Translations under genes and position numbers: made by a program
Origin: a virus
Length of the DNA stretch: 64,000 bases
Strand: one strand, 5' to 3'
Virus record (IMG/VR): IMGVR_UViG_3300037247_001890
Location: 105,275 to 169,274 of that record
The notes under the pieces: model-generated
Databases searched by the model: none
The model's input: only the letters and a program-made list of their open reading frames with translations
What the model was told of the DNA's origin: nothing
Part shown: positions 1-10,609 of the stretch, piece after piece
Numbering within the stretch: position 1 is the first letter of the stretch
Layout: the number at the start of each line of letters is the position of its first letter

Positions 1-171
1 ATGTTCTGTATCAACTGAAATCCAACCTTTTTCTGATAATTCATTGACAGAAGCTAAAGAAATAATTTGTGCTCCTGAAGTTATATCACTGGTTAAACTA
101 GTATTCCAATTATTTTTTGCCGTATAATAATCTTGGAAATCAGTGGAGTGCGTAAAATCTATGATGGCCAT
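1..171 (-). CDS. N-terminus of a probable virion/tail protein (runs off the window)
   Basis: ATG at 171, open to position 1: MAIIDFTHSTDFQDYYTAKNNWNTSLTSDITSGAQ... Confidence 0.55.
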   Translation of the reverse strand, partial: MAIIDFTHSTDFQDYYTAKNNWNTSLTSDITSGAQIISLASVNELSEKGWISVDTEH

Positions 172-180
172 CTAGTTTTC

Positions 181-399
181 CTATATTTTTGTTTTATCCC
201 AGGGAATGATGTTATAATCTACAACATCGCCTTTCGTTATTCTGTCCACTGCTTTATTATAAGCAGCTATTTTTGCTACATTAGCATCTTTAGCAAAGAA
301 ACCGTGAGTTAGAAAACTACGATTTTCTTTTCTAATAGTATCTATCTCCAAAGGAGATATATCAATTTCTACTTCAAATGTTACTTTAAATTTTTTCAT
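181..399 (-). CDS. hypothetical protein
   Basis: 72-aa ORF tightly packed in the operon. Confidence 0.6.
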   Translation of the reverse strand: MKKFKVTFEVEIDISPLEIDTIRKENRSFLTHGFFAKDANVAKIAAYNKAVDRITKGDVVDYNIIPWDKTKI

Positions 400-401
400 T
401 T

Positions 402-731
402 TTATTTATTGGTTAAGTTACTCATAGCTAAAATAATTAATGCTGAATACGCAGTTAACAACATAAAGATAATTGCAATAGTCCATTTAAGATTATTAGA
501 CAATTTTTCTTGAACTTTATCAATGAAATTGTCAAACTTTTCGCCGAGAGAGTTTATATCATTATTCTGTTGCTCGACTTTATTTTGTACAATCTTCATA
601 TCACTGCTAAATTCAATAAGACCTTTATCTGCGTGTCTGGCTAAAATTGAAGCCTCACTAGCTATCTTGGTTGTGTCGTCCAACTTCTTCCACAGGGCAT
701 CCAGTTGTCTCTGTGTTTCTTTTTGATCCAT
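402..731 (-). CDS. coiled-coil protein with C-terminal TM helix (holin/XhlA-like architecture)
   Basis: Heptad-rich N-terminus followed by hydrophobic WTIAIIFMLLTAYSALIILAM. Confidence 0.55.
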   Translation of the reverse strand: MDQKETQRQLDALWKKLDDTTKIASEASILARHADKGLIEFSSDMKIVQNKVEQQNNDINSLGEKFDNFIDKVQEKLSNNLKWTIAIIFMLLTAYSALIILAMSNLTNK

Positions 732-996
732 TATTTACTTTATCTGATAAATCGTTCAGATCTCCTCTTAGTATAGTTACGGTGTTGATGAAAAATTGTT
801 CTGCTTTTATTCTTTGGTCCGAAAACTTGCTGAATTTTGATTTCAATACATTTTGATTTTGATCTAATTTATCTAAATGACTGTGAATTTCCTTCAAACT
901 AGATTTCATATATCCAGAAGATGTTTTTAATTCCTCTATAGAGTCTTTTATTGATATTAGGACTGCAAAGCTATCTTCTTCATTTTTTTCTGTCAT
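658..996 (-). CDS. coiled-coil hypothetical protein
   Basis: 112-aa ORF with AAGGA RBS upstream; overlaps the next gene. Confidence 0.6.
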   Translation of the reverse strand: MTEKNEEDSFAVLISIKDSIEELKTSSGYMKSSLKEIHSHLDKLDQNQNVLKSKFSKFSDQRIKAEQFFINTVTILRGDLNDLSDKVNNGSKRNTETTGCPVEEVGRHNQDS

Positions 997-1007
997 TTTT
1001 TTCCTTA

Positions 1008-2150
1008 TTAGTAAACATATTTCTCCAATGGAATTTGTGAGTTAGTTTTATAAGTCTTGAAGCCGACCCAAAAAGCTACCCAAACATCTCTTGGTAAGGT
1101 AAATTCCGAACTACCTGTAGCAAAATCACCCATGTAGACCCACTTCTTACCAGCAATTGGTTGTTGTATATCTTTGAAAGCCCATTGTAGAGTTCCAAAT
1201 GGTATTGCTCCATACAAGGCTGTTAATCCTGGATATTGTCTTATAGGCCCATCCTCGGTATCTGACACATACATAAAAACAACATAGGTTATTATACGTT
1301 GTGCCATTTCGTACGTAACTGTAATATTTCTACCAAAAGCATCCTTACTCTCTATAGGAAATGCCGTTTTACTCAATTCTCTTAAATCAGTCCATGATAA
1401 TTTTATGATATCCCCTGTTATCACTCCACTTTCTGGGTTCGGAGTATTCGTGGCTTCAAGATCAATTCCTTCAACATACTCATAAACATCCGGAACACCA
1501 TCTAATTTAACATTGGTGTCATATGCAGAATATACTACACCAGCCTCTTTATAAGGAATGCTTAAACCATCAAAAAATATAGCTTGAAAATCAAAATAGT
1601 CTGGTTTCGCTTCCAAATCTATTTCTGCTCTCACATTTAAAGCTGATATTTCATCATCGGCTATGGCTATTGATTTGAAGGGCGCATAATCAACGGCGTC
1701 TTCTGTCCTCTTAGAATAAACTTCTATACTCCTTAAATCTCCTATATCCGGAGTTAAATTAGAAAATGCTATTTGTATGACCGCTTTTTCAGCTCTATTG
1801 ATATCTACCTTACTGGTCAATTCATTGATAGATATAATAGGCTGAATAGAATACTCAAGTGGATTATAATCTGTGCCCGCAGCAGAATATTCCAGATCAA
1901 TTATATTTATAAAATTTTCTGGAATAGCCCCGCCACCGTAAAATTTTACAGTGTAAAAACCACTTTCTGTTATACCAAATTCCCAGCTACCATCTTTATC
2001 AGTAGTATCATAATCTATCTGAGCAAGTAAAGTTCCGTTTGCTGCGACTTTCCATAGCACAACACCCATGCCAGCTATTTTGATACCTTTGGTGGAAGCT
2101 ACCGCCCCATAAAGTTTATTGTCGTTATATATCCAAGGAAATATTGCCAT
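1008..2150 (-). CDS. putative virion/tail protein
   Basis: 380 aa, beta-rich and acidic, in the tail module. Confidence 0.6.
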   Translation of the reverse strand: MAIFPWIYNDNKLYGAVASTKGIKIAGMGVVLWKVAANGTLLAQIDYDTTDKDGSWEFGITESGFYTVKFYGGGAIPENFINIIDLEYSAAGTDYNPLEYSIQPIISINELTSKVDINRAEKAVIQIAFSNLTPDIGDLRSIEVYSKRTEDAVDYAPFKSIAIADDEISALNVRAEIDLEAKPDYFDFQAIFFDGLSIPYKEAGVVYSAYDTNVKLDGVPDVYEYVEGIDLEATNTPNPESGVITGDIIKLSWTDLRELSKTAFPIESKDAFGRNITVTYEMAQRIITYVVFMYVSDTEDGPIRQYPGLTALYGAIPFGTLQWAFKDIQQPIAGKKWVYMGDFATGSSEFTLPRDVWVAFWVGFKTYKTNSQIPLEKYVY

Positions 2151-2152
2151 TT

Positions 2153-4477
2153 TTAACTGCTTGGTGGATAATAAATATCTCTATAGTGAATTGTTAAAAT
2201 ACCACTTACGTGCTTGAAATTTCCAATTCCAGCTGGATCCCAAGTATCTACGACTAATCGTCTTGCACCTCTGGAACTTAAAATAGACAGATTAATTATC
2301 TGGTCTGCAAAGAAATAATCAGATGCTGTTACTTCTACTTCTTTTCCCAAAGACTCATTACTATATTGATAAAATCTTAATATAGCAGGTTCTTGATCTG
2401 TGCCGTCAGTAATATCACAGTCGAAATCAATACGGGTTATTATTACATCCTGACTAAAATTATGTTGATAAATGAATTTTTGTCGTTTGAGATATTCATC
2501 CATAGCAGCTAACTCTGTAATTCCAGAAACATTAGGTGCAACATTCCCAAGATAAACCGTAGCTGATACATCTATATCGGCTATATCCCAAGTTGTTGAA
2601 AGCTGGTAAAGTATAGCCCTATCATCTTGTGTTCTTATTTCAATCATTTTATATTTATTTCTATTAGGAGAATCCGAATCCAAAATATTTTTTCCCTGTA
2701 ATCTCATAGGAAATTGCAATCCTGAATATGCATAATCCACTACAGCAAAGCCTGGTGCGTCAACATATATTAAATCCATGCCTGTAACAGCTTCACCATA
2801 AATATCAACAGTTACATAAGGTAATAATTTTTCGTTAGGCAATGCACCACCGGCACCACCAACAATGCTTGTTTCTACATAAGGTACTCCTGATGTAGAA
2901 GCAACCCAGCCACCACGTAAAGGTCTAACTTTTATATTGTATTCACGAATTCCTAAAGCTGATACATTTACAACACGATCATTAGTTACAATTCTTTGGT
3001 GATTTGCATTAGTAAAATCCGCTCCAGTGTTGTCAGTTGTGTAAACAATTTCGAAGTCGGTTGCGTCGTCCATTCCAATAATAGTAATTTTAAAACCAGC
3101 ATCATCAGCTGTCGCTGTTACAGCAGCCCCAGTCATATCAATTTCTGGTATTACTACTATAAAAGGCGAAGCATAAGTTTCTTCATTAACACCAAGATCC
3201 ATATATTTTCCAACAGGCATCGTTATTATGGGCGATTTTTCTTCATCATTTGATGCTTGAACTCTGAAGTCGTATTTCCAGCCAAGGTTAAGTAATAATG
3301 CAACACTTTGTTCCGGAGGAGTGGCTCCTAAGCCAACTTCTGTTTGCACGGATCCATATGCTCTCATCATACCACCACCAGCACCTATATGTTGTGCTTT
3401 TACTTTATATTTATCTGCATTATGATGAAGTTTGGCCGGATTAGATGAATTCGCATCTGGGACAGTTCCGGCACCAGCACCGTTAGGAAGTGTCAAATCA
3501 AGTCGCGTATAATTACTACCATCTGTGACATCATTAGAAACAATCAAATAATCAACGCTGTCTACTCGGAAGTAATAACCTATTAATTCGTCCACACTAA
3601 ATTGAATAGTATCTGTGTGTACAGTTGAGTCATAACCTTCCATAGTAAATTCGCTGCTCCCACCAGTTCCTGTTACATAATCAAAACCCCATTCAAATTC
3701 TACCTTTGCTTGTGGAACCCTGTAACTTTTGCGTAAATAAAAAGGAATATAATTTTGTGCTGAAACTTCTACATCATCCCATAAGCTAACCGGTGATATG
3801 TCTTTAATTCTTATTCTTATCGGATCTAGTGGCGTTTCTGGTACTAGTTTAACTGACAGTCCAAGACCGTTTCCATAATCTTCATGACCTACCCCAACTT
3901 TAAAATCTATGTTAGTAGTATACCAATCAGTGTTTTGGAAGTGAGATAGTTGGTCATAGAACTCTAATTTATTTTCACCTCTGAGATCAGTTATGTATAC
4001 GTTTGATCCATCGCGATGCACAGTTGCCAATTCTATTCCGGAATTTCCTGGATCGTTTACAGTCAAACCATAGTAAGGAAATTGCATACTATCCTCGAAT
4101 TGTGTTCCGGAAGCTAGCCAGGCAAATCCATCCAAAATTTGAACAGGATCTGTTGTAAAAGGAATATATGAAATCCACGCACTACCGCTGTAGCCATCAG
4201 TTATTGTTAATCGCCTATCTTGTACAGGATCATTGCTAGACACCACAATAGGATGGCCAGCTGGTACGATAGCTATTCCAGGACTTACTTCAATACTATC
4301 AGTAGAATATTGGGATATTTCCATATTCGTGTCAGTTACACCAGAATAGAGAACACCAAACGTTTTGAAGATTGAATCCATAAAGTCCTTTGTATTATTG
4401 GAAGCAACGTTTTGTATACTGTCTATTAATACAGAGAGATCAACTTTAGATCCTTTTGGAGCTATAATTTTTTCCAT
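2153..4477 (-). CDS. putative tail/baseplate-associated structural protein
   Basis: 774 aa, acidic, with Ig/FN3-like beta segments (YNIKVRPLRGG). Confidence 0.6.
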   Translation of the reverse strand: MEKIIAPKGSKVDLSVLIDSIQNVASNNTKDFMDSIFKTFGVLYSGVTDTNMEISQYSTDSIEVSPGIAIVPAGHPIVVSSNDPVQDRRLTITDGYSGSAWISYIPFTTDPVQILDGFAWLASGTQFEDSMQFPYYGLTVNDPGNSGIELATVHRDGSNVYITDLRGENKLEFYDQLSHFQNTDWYTTNIDFKVGVGHEDYGNGLGLSVKLVPETPLDPIRIRIKDISPVSLWDDVEVSAQNYIPFYLRKSYRVPQAKVEFEWGFDYVTGTGGSSEFTMEGYDSTVHTDTIQFSVDELIGYYFRVDSVDYLIVSNDVTDGSNYTRLDLTLPNGAGAGTVPDANSSNPAKLHHNADKYKVKAQHIGAGGGMMRAYGSVQTEVGLGATPPEQSVALLLNLGWKYDFRVQASNDEEKSPIITMPVGKYMDLGVNEETYASPFIVVIPEIDMTGAAVTATADDAGFKITIIGMDDATDFEIVYTTDNTGADFTNANHQRIVTNDRVVNVSALGIREYNIKVRPLRGGWVASTSGVPYVETSIVGGAGGALPNEKLLPYVTVDIYGEAVTGMDLIYVDAPGFAVVDYAYSGLQFPMRLQGKNILDSDSPNRNKYKMIEIRTQDDRAILYQLSTTWDIADIDVSATVYLGNVAPNVSGITELAAMDEYLKRQKFIYQHNFSQDVIITRIDFDCDITDGTDQEPAILRFYQYSNESLGKEVEVTASDYFFADQIINLSILSSRGARRLVVDTWDPAGIGNFKHVSGILTIHYRDIYYPPSS

Positions 4478-4504
4478 CTTTTATTTTTCTTTCAAATTTT
4501 AATA

Positions 4505-4533
4505 AATTTAACGAATTTTTTTGTTTAAAGCAA
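4505..4533 (-). promoter_or_regulatory. sigma70-type promoter
   Basis: TTGCTT-17 nt-TAAATT on the minus strand upstream of 4477; same architecture as five other sites. Confidence 0.55.
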
Positions 4534-5559
4534 GGTTGTTGTCTTATTAAATGCTTTATCTATGAAGTCATCTTCATAATTATTTATAAAATCATTGTTA
4601 TAATTACTTCTAGCAGAAGCAGTAACTTCCAATATGAAAGCATTTGCATCCTTTAATGTTCCAAATTCGGTTTCAATATCTGCAGGATCCGTTAGTCTGT
4701 CTTTTATTTCTATGCCATCAGTCAATGGTTGGAATCTGTTAACCTCAACACCGTCGCCTATACTCCAGTTCTCACCGCCAGGCAAGTAATAAGTATAATC
4801 CCCTATCATGCATTCTTGTCCGGAAATACTAGAGGTTCCTGCCTCATATGCAAAAGGAAGATTATACAAAATATTGTATAAATATTCTAAATTACCGATA
4901 GAGGGCATTTGTATTCTATAATAAAATACTCCCCAAGTCATATATTTTAGTAACTTCGCCTGTTCCACTAAATATGTATGATCTGTCTCTAACCCGGAGG
5001 CATATACACCATCATAAGTAAACGGAAAATAAATCTCTTGTCCAGGCACTAATATATCTGTATCTGCCATTGTACGCATTAAATGAAAAGTCATAGGATC
5101 TATTCGGTACAAATTATCAGCAAACATTGAAACTTTTTTTTGCTCGATGTATCTTGTATCCGGATCTAATCCTGATGAAATGTCATAAACGTATAATTTG
5201 TTTGCGTCAACTATTTCAAAATCCGTTCCCTGTGTCAACACTTGTCCAGTATTGATGCCACTTAGAACGGGTATTGAGAATGCGCCAACATATTCATCTG
5301 GTAAAGAGAAATAATTGGTTTCATTTATTCTATTATCTTCTACACCAGACCACACCAAATCAATACTAACGTATTGATGATTCCACACATCTGGGCTATG
5401 TTCCGGAAATTTTCCTATCGCAACTTTATATAAATTTTTGTGACTTTCTTTTAAAGCTGTTAGCATTCCATCCCAAAATGCTTCCAAATCTGACCTATTT
5501 TCGAAATGCAGCCAGAAACTGCCAAGTCCTTTCCAAAAATCTTGTGCTGTATTAAACAA
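4525..5559 (-). CDS. putative baseplate wedge protein
   Basis: 344 aa immediately downstream of the baseplate J-like genes. Confidence 0.5.
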   Translation of the reverse strand: MFNTAQDFWKGLGSFWLHFENRSDLEAFWDGMLTALKESHKNLYKVAIGKFPEHSPDVWNHQYVSIDLVWSGVEDNRINETNYFSLPDEYVGAFSIPVLSGINTGQVLTQGTDFEIVDANKLYVYDISSGLDPDTRYIEQKKVSMFADNLYRIDPMTFHLMRTMADTDILVPGQEIYFPFTYDGVYASGLETDHTYLVEQAKLLKYMTWGVFYYRIQMPSIGNLEYLYNILYNLPFAYEAGTSSISGQECMIGDYTYYLPGGENWSIGDGVEVNRFQPLTDGIEIKDRLTDPADIETEFGTLKDANAFILEVTASARSNYNNDFINNYEDDFIDKAFNKTTTLL

Positions 5560-7264
5560 CCTTAGTCACTCCAAGTAAGTCGTTGTTATGTGTATAAAAA
5601 CTTCCAATACCAGAAAAAGAATAAGAACTAGACACCGCGATACCACTTCCGCTTGTTCTAATATTTTTATAATTATAAGATCTTATTTTTATATCAAGCG
5701 TATTTAAATTGACATAAGTAACACCTTGCGTATATATGTATGATAGTAGATCAGTTACTTCAAAGACCGAATCTGTTATACTATGAACAAAATCTTTTAT
5801 ATGTTCAATTACTTGAGCTTCCGTTAACAATCCCCTAAATTCCAAATTATCTATTTGTATTACATGAGGAGGTTTTATTTTCACAGTATTAACCGCCCCG
5901 GGTGCTCTATACTCATTAGAATTTAACAAGGTTTGCACAGCAACGCCATCTTGGTAATATCTAGATCTAATGGTGAAGGTTTCACTAACACCGGTATAGG
6001 AACCACCTAAAGTTATATATTGCAACGGCTCCGTAGAGAAAGCTGACCATACCACAGTAGTCATAGTCCAATCTGAATAATCTAATGAAGAATCTCCGGA
6101 ATCTACTATTTCTGCTATTTCTTGTATTGGTACACTAAAATCAACATCTGTAACATTAATAATACCATCAACTGAGTCTATTTCAAATTCTTCTTCAACT
6201 ATCTTTTCAGGCGAATCTACCCATACATCAATCATGTTTCCAGTATGAATTCCGGATGGCATTACGTTTTCTAAGGAGGTATAATAACTATTTAAATTCT
6301 TTTCACCTACGGTACCATCTGGTCTTGCCGCAGCATACACGTATCCGTCTGCATTTCTATAAGTACCTATATCCTCTATCTCATACATAATTTCTGTATC
6401 TTCTACTTGCGTAGCTCCTGTAGAAGTATTGGTTCCAGCTACTACCCATTGCTCTCCGGAAGTCAATAAAAAAGAAGTTAAGCCGTAGTTTGTATCTTGA
6501 TCATAAGCATATCCGTAATATTTAAATGTGGCCGGTCCGGTAAATGAACTTGGTGTAGCTTTGAATTTAAATAGCGAATAAGGATATGCGGAATCTATGG
6601 CTAATATTTGAAGATCATCAAAGAACCATTCCCCACCATTTGTATTATGTACTCCTATTCCAAATTGGTAATCTTCTTCTGTGCCATCTCTAAATGTTCC
6701 TGTCATAGCACCACTTTTTACTATAACATAAGCCGCGCCAGGCCCATCATCATCACCAGGTTCTCCACTTCCATTGTTCCAAACTTTGACTATAATCGAA
6801 TTATCACTTTTTATTTTTAATGAAAATTCATACCAAGTGTCTATTAAAATTTCCTTTTTACCAGCAGCAATAAATTTATTTATACCTAAATCTTCCCTAA
6901 CAATACTATTTCCTATATTGATTTCGTCACTTAACACATCATTGTCCACAATATAAACATTATAGGTATTTTCGTCACCTTTTATCCACGCCATTCCCAC
7001 ACCATCATGAGGAATTGCGTAATTTTCGCTTCTCCAAAAAGTAGTATAACACATATTTCCGTTGTCACTGGGATCACTTGTTTTAAATTTTCCATTAAAT
7101 TTGACACCTGTGTGTATCCCCATATACCGATGCAATATGGGGGAAAAATTATAAGCTACGTCGGTGCTAATCAAATCTTCGAAAATTGCTCTTACATCAT
7201 TCAATAATTTATTTTTTAGATTGTACCAACTATCAAATACATCACCTTTAAAATTTCTTGCCAT
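5552..7264 (-). CDS. baseplate protein (C-terminus resembles the baseplate J C-terminal region)
   Basis: 570 aa, coupled to the J-like gene by a TAATG overlap at 7264. Confidence 0.55.
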   Translation of the reverse strand: MARNFKGDVFDSWYNLKNKLLNDVRAIFEDLISTDVAYNFSPILHRYMGIHTGVKFNGKFKTSDPSDNGNMCYTTFWRSENYAIPHDGVGMAWIKGDENTYNVYIVDNDVLSDEINIGNSIVREDLGINKFIAAGKKEILIDTWYEFSLKIKSDNSIIVKVWNNGSGEPGDDDGPGAAYVIVKSGAMTGTFRDGTEEDYQFGIGVHNTNGGEWFFDDLQILAIDSAYPYSLFKFKATPSSFTGPATFKYYGYAYDQDTNYGLTSFLLTSGEQWVVAGTNTSTGATQVEDTEIMYEIEDIGTYRNADGYVYAAARPDGTVGEKNLNSYYTSLENVMPSGIHTGNMIDVWVDSPEKIVEEEFEIDSVDGIINVTDVDFSVPIQEIAEIVDSGDSSLDYSDWTMTTVVWSAFSTEPLQYITLGGSYTGVSETFTIRSRYYQDGVAVQTLLNSNEYRAPGAVNTVKIKPPHVIQIDNLEFRGLLTEAQVIEHIKDFVHSITDSVFEVTDLLSYIYTQGVTYVNLNTLDIKIRSYNYKNIRTSGSGIAVSSSYSFSGIGSFYTHNNDLLGVTKVV

Positions 7265-8436
7265 TATGAAATTCCTTGTCCTAATGATTGAATAACACGA
7301 GTTATCTGAGCTATTATTTCATCAAGTTTTTTCTGATTTAATACTACTTGAATATCAGGTTCTGTGTCTTCCGCAATTCCAAGCCTAACTGTACTACTTA
7401 TTACAGTTATTTCTTCCGGAACTTTTAATTTAGAATACCCGAGTTCTCCATCAGATGTAAGCCAATTACTACTTAACGTTGCTTCACTAAAAGTCTCATT
7501 TAACAAATTTGTAGAAACCGTATTAGCATATAATGCATCATCTAGTCTATATAAACCCTCGTATTGTACATCGTCAAATTCATTCAAAGAAATATTTTGG
7601 AAGTCCGGTGGTTGTTGCCCACTCAATATAAAAGCACCACCTATATTTCGATTATATGGTAAAGAGTCGTATCCCTGCAATTTGCCAAAAAAATCTAAGA
7701 TTTTATAATCATCAAAATCGAAACCTTCATAATTGATATCTCTAACCATTTCCACATCTCCAAAACCTCTTACATCAAGATCTTTGATATCATAATGATC
7801 ACTAATTATTTTTTTGAAGCTCAGCTTAGATAATGATGTGTCTGAAGTTACTGAGTTAACTAATCTTTCGTAGAAGTCTTCGTTAGTCTCATCATCCACG
7901 CCTCTAGAAAAACTATTAGAATTAAAAACTTTCAAATAAACAAAGGGAGCATTAACTATTTCATTGATTTCATCAGGACCGATCGTGTAGTCATCGCCAG
8001 GTTGCATTGACTCAACAGGAATGGCACCAGTAAGAAAATAAGCATTTTCTGGATTTAAACTCATTTGGGAAGAAGTAATTGAGTATTGCCTTGTCGCTTG
8101 AAATATTTTGCCGTCACTTGTTTGAAATTGTAATCCTTTTTGAATTGTCAAGTTTACAGCGGAAGAAAAGCCTATCTTAACATATCCTGTTGCTAGTGCA
8201 CCGGATCGCCTAGTTAAAAGGAAAGTTGATGCGATCGCATCTAAATCTCCCTGAGACAACGCAGTCAAATCAACTACAGATAGAAAATTTTCTAACTCTT
8301 GTAAAACAGTCTGATAATATTCTAATACATTACTCAAAGGATTTATTAATATATCAGTCACCCCAGAACCTTCGGATACGTCAACATCCGGATCATTCTG
8401 TGTAATTATATTTTTTACTAATTGCTTAATATCCAT
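7264..8436 (-). CDS. baseplate J/gp6-like wedge protein
   Basis: DVSEGSGVTDILINP, LDAIASTFLLTRRSGALATGYV and GVDDETNEDFYER are typical J-family motifs. Confidence 0.8.
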   Translation of the reverse strand: MDIKQLVKNIITQNDPDVDVSEGSGVTDILINPLSNVLEYYQTVLQELENFLSVVDLTALSQGDLDAIASTFLLTRRSGALATGYVKIGFSSAVNLTIQKGLQFQTSDGKIFQATRQYSITSSQMSLNPENAYFLTGAIPVESMQPGDDYTIGPDEINEIVNAPFVYLKVFNSNSFSRGVDDETNEDFYERLVNSVTSDTSLSKLSFKKIISDHYDIKDLDVRGFGDVEMVRDINYEGFDFDDYKILDFFGKLQGYDSLPYNRNIGGAFILSGQQPPDFQNISLNEFDDVQYEGLYRLDDALYANTVSTNLLNETFSEATLSSNWLTSDGELGYSKLKVPEEITVISSTVRLGIAEDTEPDIQVVLNQKKLDEIIAQITRVIQSLGQGIS

Positions 8437-8437
8437 T

Positions 8438-8854
8438 CTATATCCTTAAAAGATAAGTTTCATTACTTGCCGTCTGAACAAATATTTCTATTTCCCAGTC
8501 ATTGCCACCAATTTTGTTTACTGATTGTAACATTAAGTCTATTAACCTTTCTGAATCATCCAAATCTTTATCTAATTGATCTGTAATTATTAAATCTTCT
8601 GCTTGACTCACAGCCATGCTTACATATGAAGACATCTCCTGCTCATGTTGTGGACCATACGAAAGAAAAACTTGTAAATTACTTCCATAATTTGGATTGT
8701 ATAAATCACTGCCAAGGACTGTAAAAAGTATTTTTGATATCTTTTGTAATAAAGTTTCTATTCCTCTTACTATCCCGGAATTTTTCGACCCGAAACCTCT
8801 ATAGGTTCTGTCATCAAGATCATTGACGTACAAAAGTTTTATATCTTTTTTCAT
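8438..8854 (-). CDS. gp25/GPW-like baseplate protein
   Basis: LLQKISKILFTVLGSDLYNPNYGSNL motif; position just before the J-like gene. Confidence 0.75.
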   Translation of the reverse strand: MKKDIKLLYVNDLDDRTYRGFGSKNSGIVRGIETLLQKISKILFTVLGSDLYNPNYGSNLQVFLSYGPQHEQEMSSYVSMAVSQAEDLIITDQLDKDLDDSERLIDLMLQSVNKIGGNDWEIEIFVQTASNETYLLRI

Positions 8855-10609
8855 TTATGCGCCCAACACGTCTATACCAAAATTATCTTTGATTGCTTTT
8901 TTTGGATCTTCTATCACAGCCATTTTTTTAATTAATGCTTTTGTATAATTTATTTTTCTCTGATTTTGGCTTAGATCCATTTCGGATCTACTTTCTGCTA
9001 ATTCACCTATTGCCACTTTTCCTGCACATCTATCATCAGTTCTTTTTGGCCAGAGAATATCTTTGAGTCCTGTAAAATCTAATCCAATCAAAGCATTCAA
9101 TGCTGGTGTATTTCCTACTTGCTCAAGTAAATTGATGACGTTTCCAATATTATTATTATAAATTTTTAAGGCTTCCGAAACAAGAGCATTGTCCCAAACA
9201 TCAAATTGGTTGCAAATGTCTATTAAATATTGATCATTTCGTAAAGCTACATTTATTCTTCTTCTGATGTTCCCTATCTTTATTAGGGCTTGTCTAGATC
9301 CGCCTTCAGAAAAGAAACCAAAAATAATTGCTTCATAACTTTCCAATATAAGATCTGGAACTGTTTCAGCAGGGTGTTCTCCCGAATCGGGATATTGCCT
9401 TGCTTCGGTGACTAGTATTTCTAATCCTACAAAGTCACTTAAAATATCATCATATTCAGTAACAATCTCTTTTTTTACAAGCAACTTTGTATATAAAGCG
9501 CGTAGTTGTATTAAATACATTGCATTTTTTGCCGCTAATTTAACTTCAGACGGAACAGTTATATAAGCATCGGTTTCCATCTGTTCTTGTATTGTGCTTA
9601 TTTCATTCAAAGAATCTTCAAGATCTGTAGATAAAATACCTGCAAATTTTTTCATGCCTTCCCAGGTAGTGTCAAGATCCCTAATTTCTTCAAGACTTTT
9701 TCTTATAAGTCTATTTACCGGAATTAGTTCTTTACCTTTAAATATCCTGTTAATTTCTTTTCTTGCAAAATCTTGCAACCAAGTGGCACTAATTCCTTCA
9801 TTTGGTTTTTCTGTAATAAAACGCAAGGACATTAAAGTATATATAGAAACCCACTCAGGAAAAATATCATCCAATATTTTTTTGTCTGCTGGTATTAAAC
9901 TTAATACATCCAACGAAGTTTCGGCAAATTTTATCAAATCATCTTCTACCTTATCCCACCATTTTTTCCAGTAAACAAATAAATCAGGACGATTTATGTC
10001 TACATATCTGGTCTCTAAAACATCTCCTGCAGATTTAACATCTTCAGTAGATGCTCTATATGATGTAGAAGAAAAACTTTGAAAAGTTTTAAACATTTTA
10101 TAAGCTCTTTTCATCTTTGCCTTAGCTCCTTTCATATATCTTTCTGATGCTCTCAGTTTTCTTAACTCAAAGTTTGCCACTTCATAGTAATCCCATGCGC
10201 GTATAAAGATAGTCATGTCTGCAAGTTTATCATATAATGTGTTTAAAACATTTATTCTGCTTTGTAAATCAGTTTTTAAATTTTGTACCAAAAGATAAGT
10301 AACTGCCAATTTCATTTGTGGTGCACTGGTCAAAGTTATAGAGATATAATCTTGTGCCCTTTCTATAACTTCTGATACTATATCATTTTCCAATAGACCT
10401 TCTACCAAACCAGTACTAAAGAGAGTAGTAGCAGCACCTAAAATTTGAGAAATACCAGCAGTAATAAGAGGGTTTCCCCAAATTCTACTGTTTTTCAATG
10501 TATTGCTGAATTCACCAAGTTCTCGTTCAAGATCTTTTTCCAACTTACTTATGAGATCTGTAGGATCACAAGGAACATCAACATTTATTTCTGGTAAATA
10601 TACCGGCAT
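8855..10609 (-). CDS. helical hypothetical protein
   Basis: 584-aa ORF translationally coupled to the sigma-like gene. Confidence 0.7.
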   Translation of the reverse strand: MPVYLPEINVDVPCDPTDLISKLEKDLERELGEFSNTLKNSRIWGNPLITAGISQILGAATTLFSTGLVEGLLENDIVSEVIERAQDYISITLTSAPQMKLAVTYLLVQNLKTDLQSRINVLNTLYDKLADMTIFIRAWDYYEVANFELRKLRASERYMKGAKAKMKRAYKMFKTFQSFSSTSYRASTEDVKSAGDVLETRYVDINRPDLFVYWKKWWDKVEDDLIKFAETSLDVLSLIPADKKILDDIFPEWVSIYTLMSLRFITEKPNEGISATWLQDFARKEINRIFKGKELIPVNRLIRKSLEEIRDLDTTWEGMKKFAGILSTDLEDSLNEISTIQEQMETDAYITVPSEVKLAAKNAMYLIQLRALYTKLLVKKEIVTEYDDILSDFVGLEILVTEARQYPDSGEHPAETVPDLILESYEAIIFGFFSEGGSRQALIKIGNIRRRINVALRNDQYLIDICNQFDVWDNALVSEALKIYNNNIGNVINLLEQVGNTPALNALIGLDFTGLKDILWPKRTDDRCAGKVAIGELAESRSEMDLSQNQRKINYTKALIKKMAVIEDPKKAIKDNFGIDVLGA

